This document shows, one piece after another, positions 63,612-64,000 of a stretch of 64,000 nucleotides of DNA (position 1 is the stretch's first letter; each line of letters begins with the position of its first letter). Source of the DNA: Eledone cirrhosa (taxonomy: Eukaryota); assembly GCA_964016885.1 (NCBI GenBank), contig OZ024746.1:1612001-1676000 (forward strand), in the 5' to 3' direction. The notes under the pieces were generated by a model. The model was not told where the DNA came from. It made no database searches and was given only the letters and a program-made list of their open reading frames with translations. Made by a program: the position numbers and the translations under genes.

Positions 63612-64000
63612 ATGTCTGTAGCACGTGTGAACGAAAACGCGACGCCCACTAAGGAAGAAGAGAAAGAAGCAAGCGGTACAAAGCGTTTTGCTTTCCCGCG
63701 TCAAGTTTTAAAAGACTTTGTAAAAGGCAATATGCCGGACAAACAAGTAAATACGGGTGCAAACCCAATTTATTACAACTCAAACACTAACAATGACAAA
63801 ACCAACACACCAAATGAGAAAGACAACAACAACAAAAATGAAAATAACTCAAACTACGAGAAACAGAACAACTCAAACAAAATATCTTTTTCACAGACTG
63901 CTAAAATATCAGTCACCTATGTGCTTGAGGATATAACAAATATTTTCATACAAAAGGATAAACTCTATGGGAGTTTATCCATATTGATGAAAGACGAATT
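63612..64000 (+). CDS. ORF running off the window, probably LINE ORF1 N-terminus
   Basis: MSVARVNENATPTKEEE...KISFSQTAK...; no stop in 129 codons; N/K-rich low complexity and an SYAQAAK-like motif; preceded by a CpG-containing 5'-UTR-like stretch starting after (TCTA)n near 63400. Confidence 0.45.
   Translation, partial: MSVARVNENATPTKEEEKEASGTKRFAFPRQVLKDFVKGNMPDKQVNTGANPIYYNSNTNNDKTNTPNEKDNNNKNENNSNYEKQNNSNKISFSQTAKISVTYVLEDITNIFIQKDKLYGSLSILMKDE

Overview
Eukaryotic, very AT-rich, microsatellite-laden genomic DNA. The repeat complement looks like a cephalopod mollusc (Octopus-type); this is inferred from the repeats, not proven. There is one clear host gene, an intact 3-exon alpha-tubulin (21981-30786, +, 451 aa, somewhat divergent isotype). 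The rest is an 8.8-kb minisatellite with a non-autonomous Helitron inserted in it, many mini- and microsatellites, SINEs, MITEs, 5'-truncated RTE and CR1-like LINEs, and a probable LINE ORF1 start at the right edge. Most of the supplied ORF track is (TA)n/(TATG)n artefact. The most notable signal is at least nine type I hammerhead-ribozyme folds from about six sequence families, which I folded by hand. They sit in short non-coding elements in or next to (TA)n tracts, often in inverted or palindromic arrangements typical of Penelope-like elements or retrozymes. Four lack the usual base pair at the foot of stem II (U-U or U-C), one has a 38-bp stem I, and one lies sense in tubulin intron 1. Ribozyme activity is untested.
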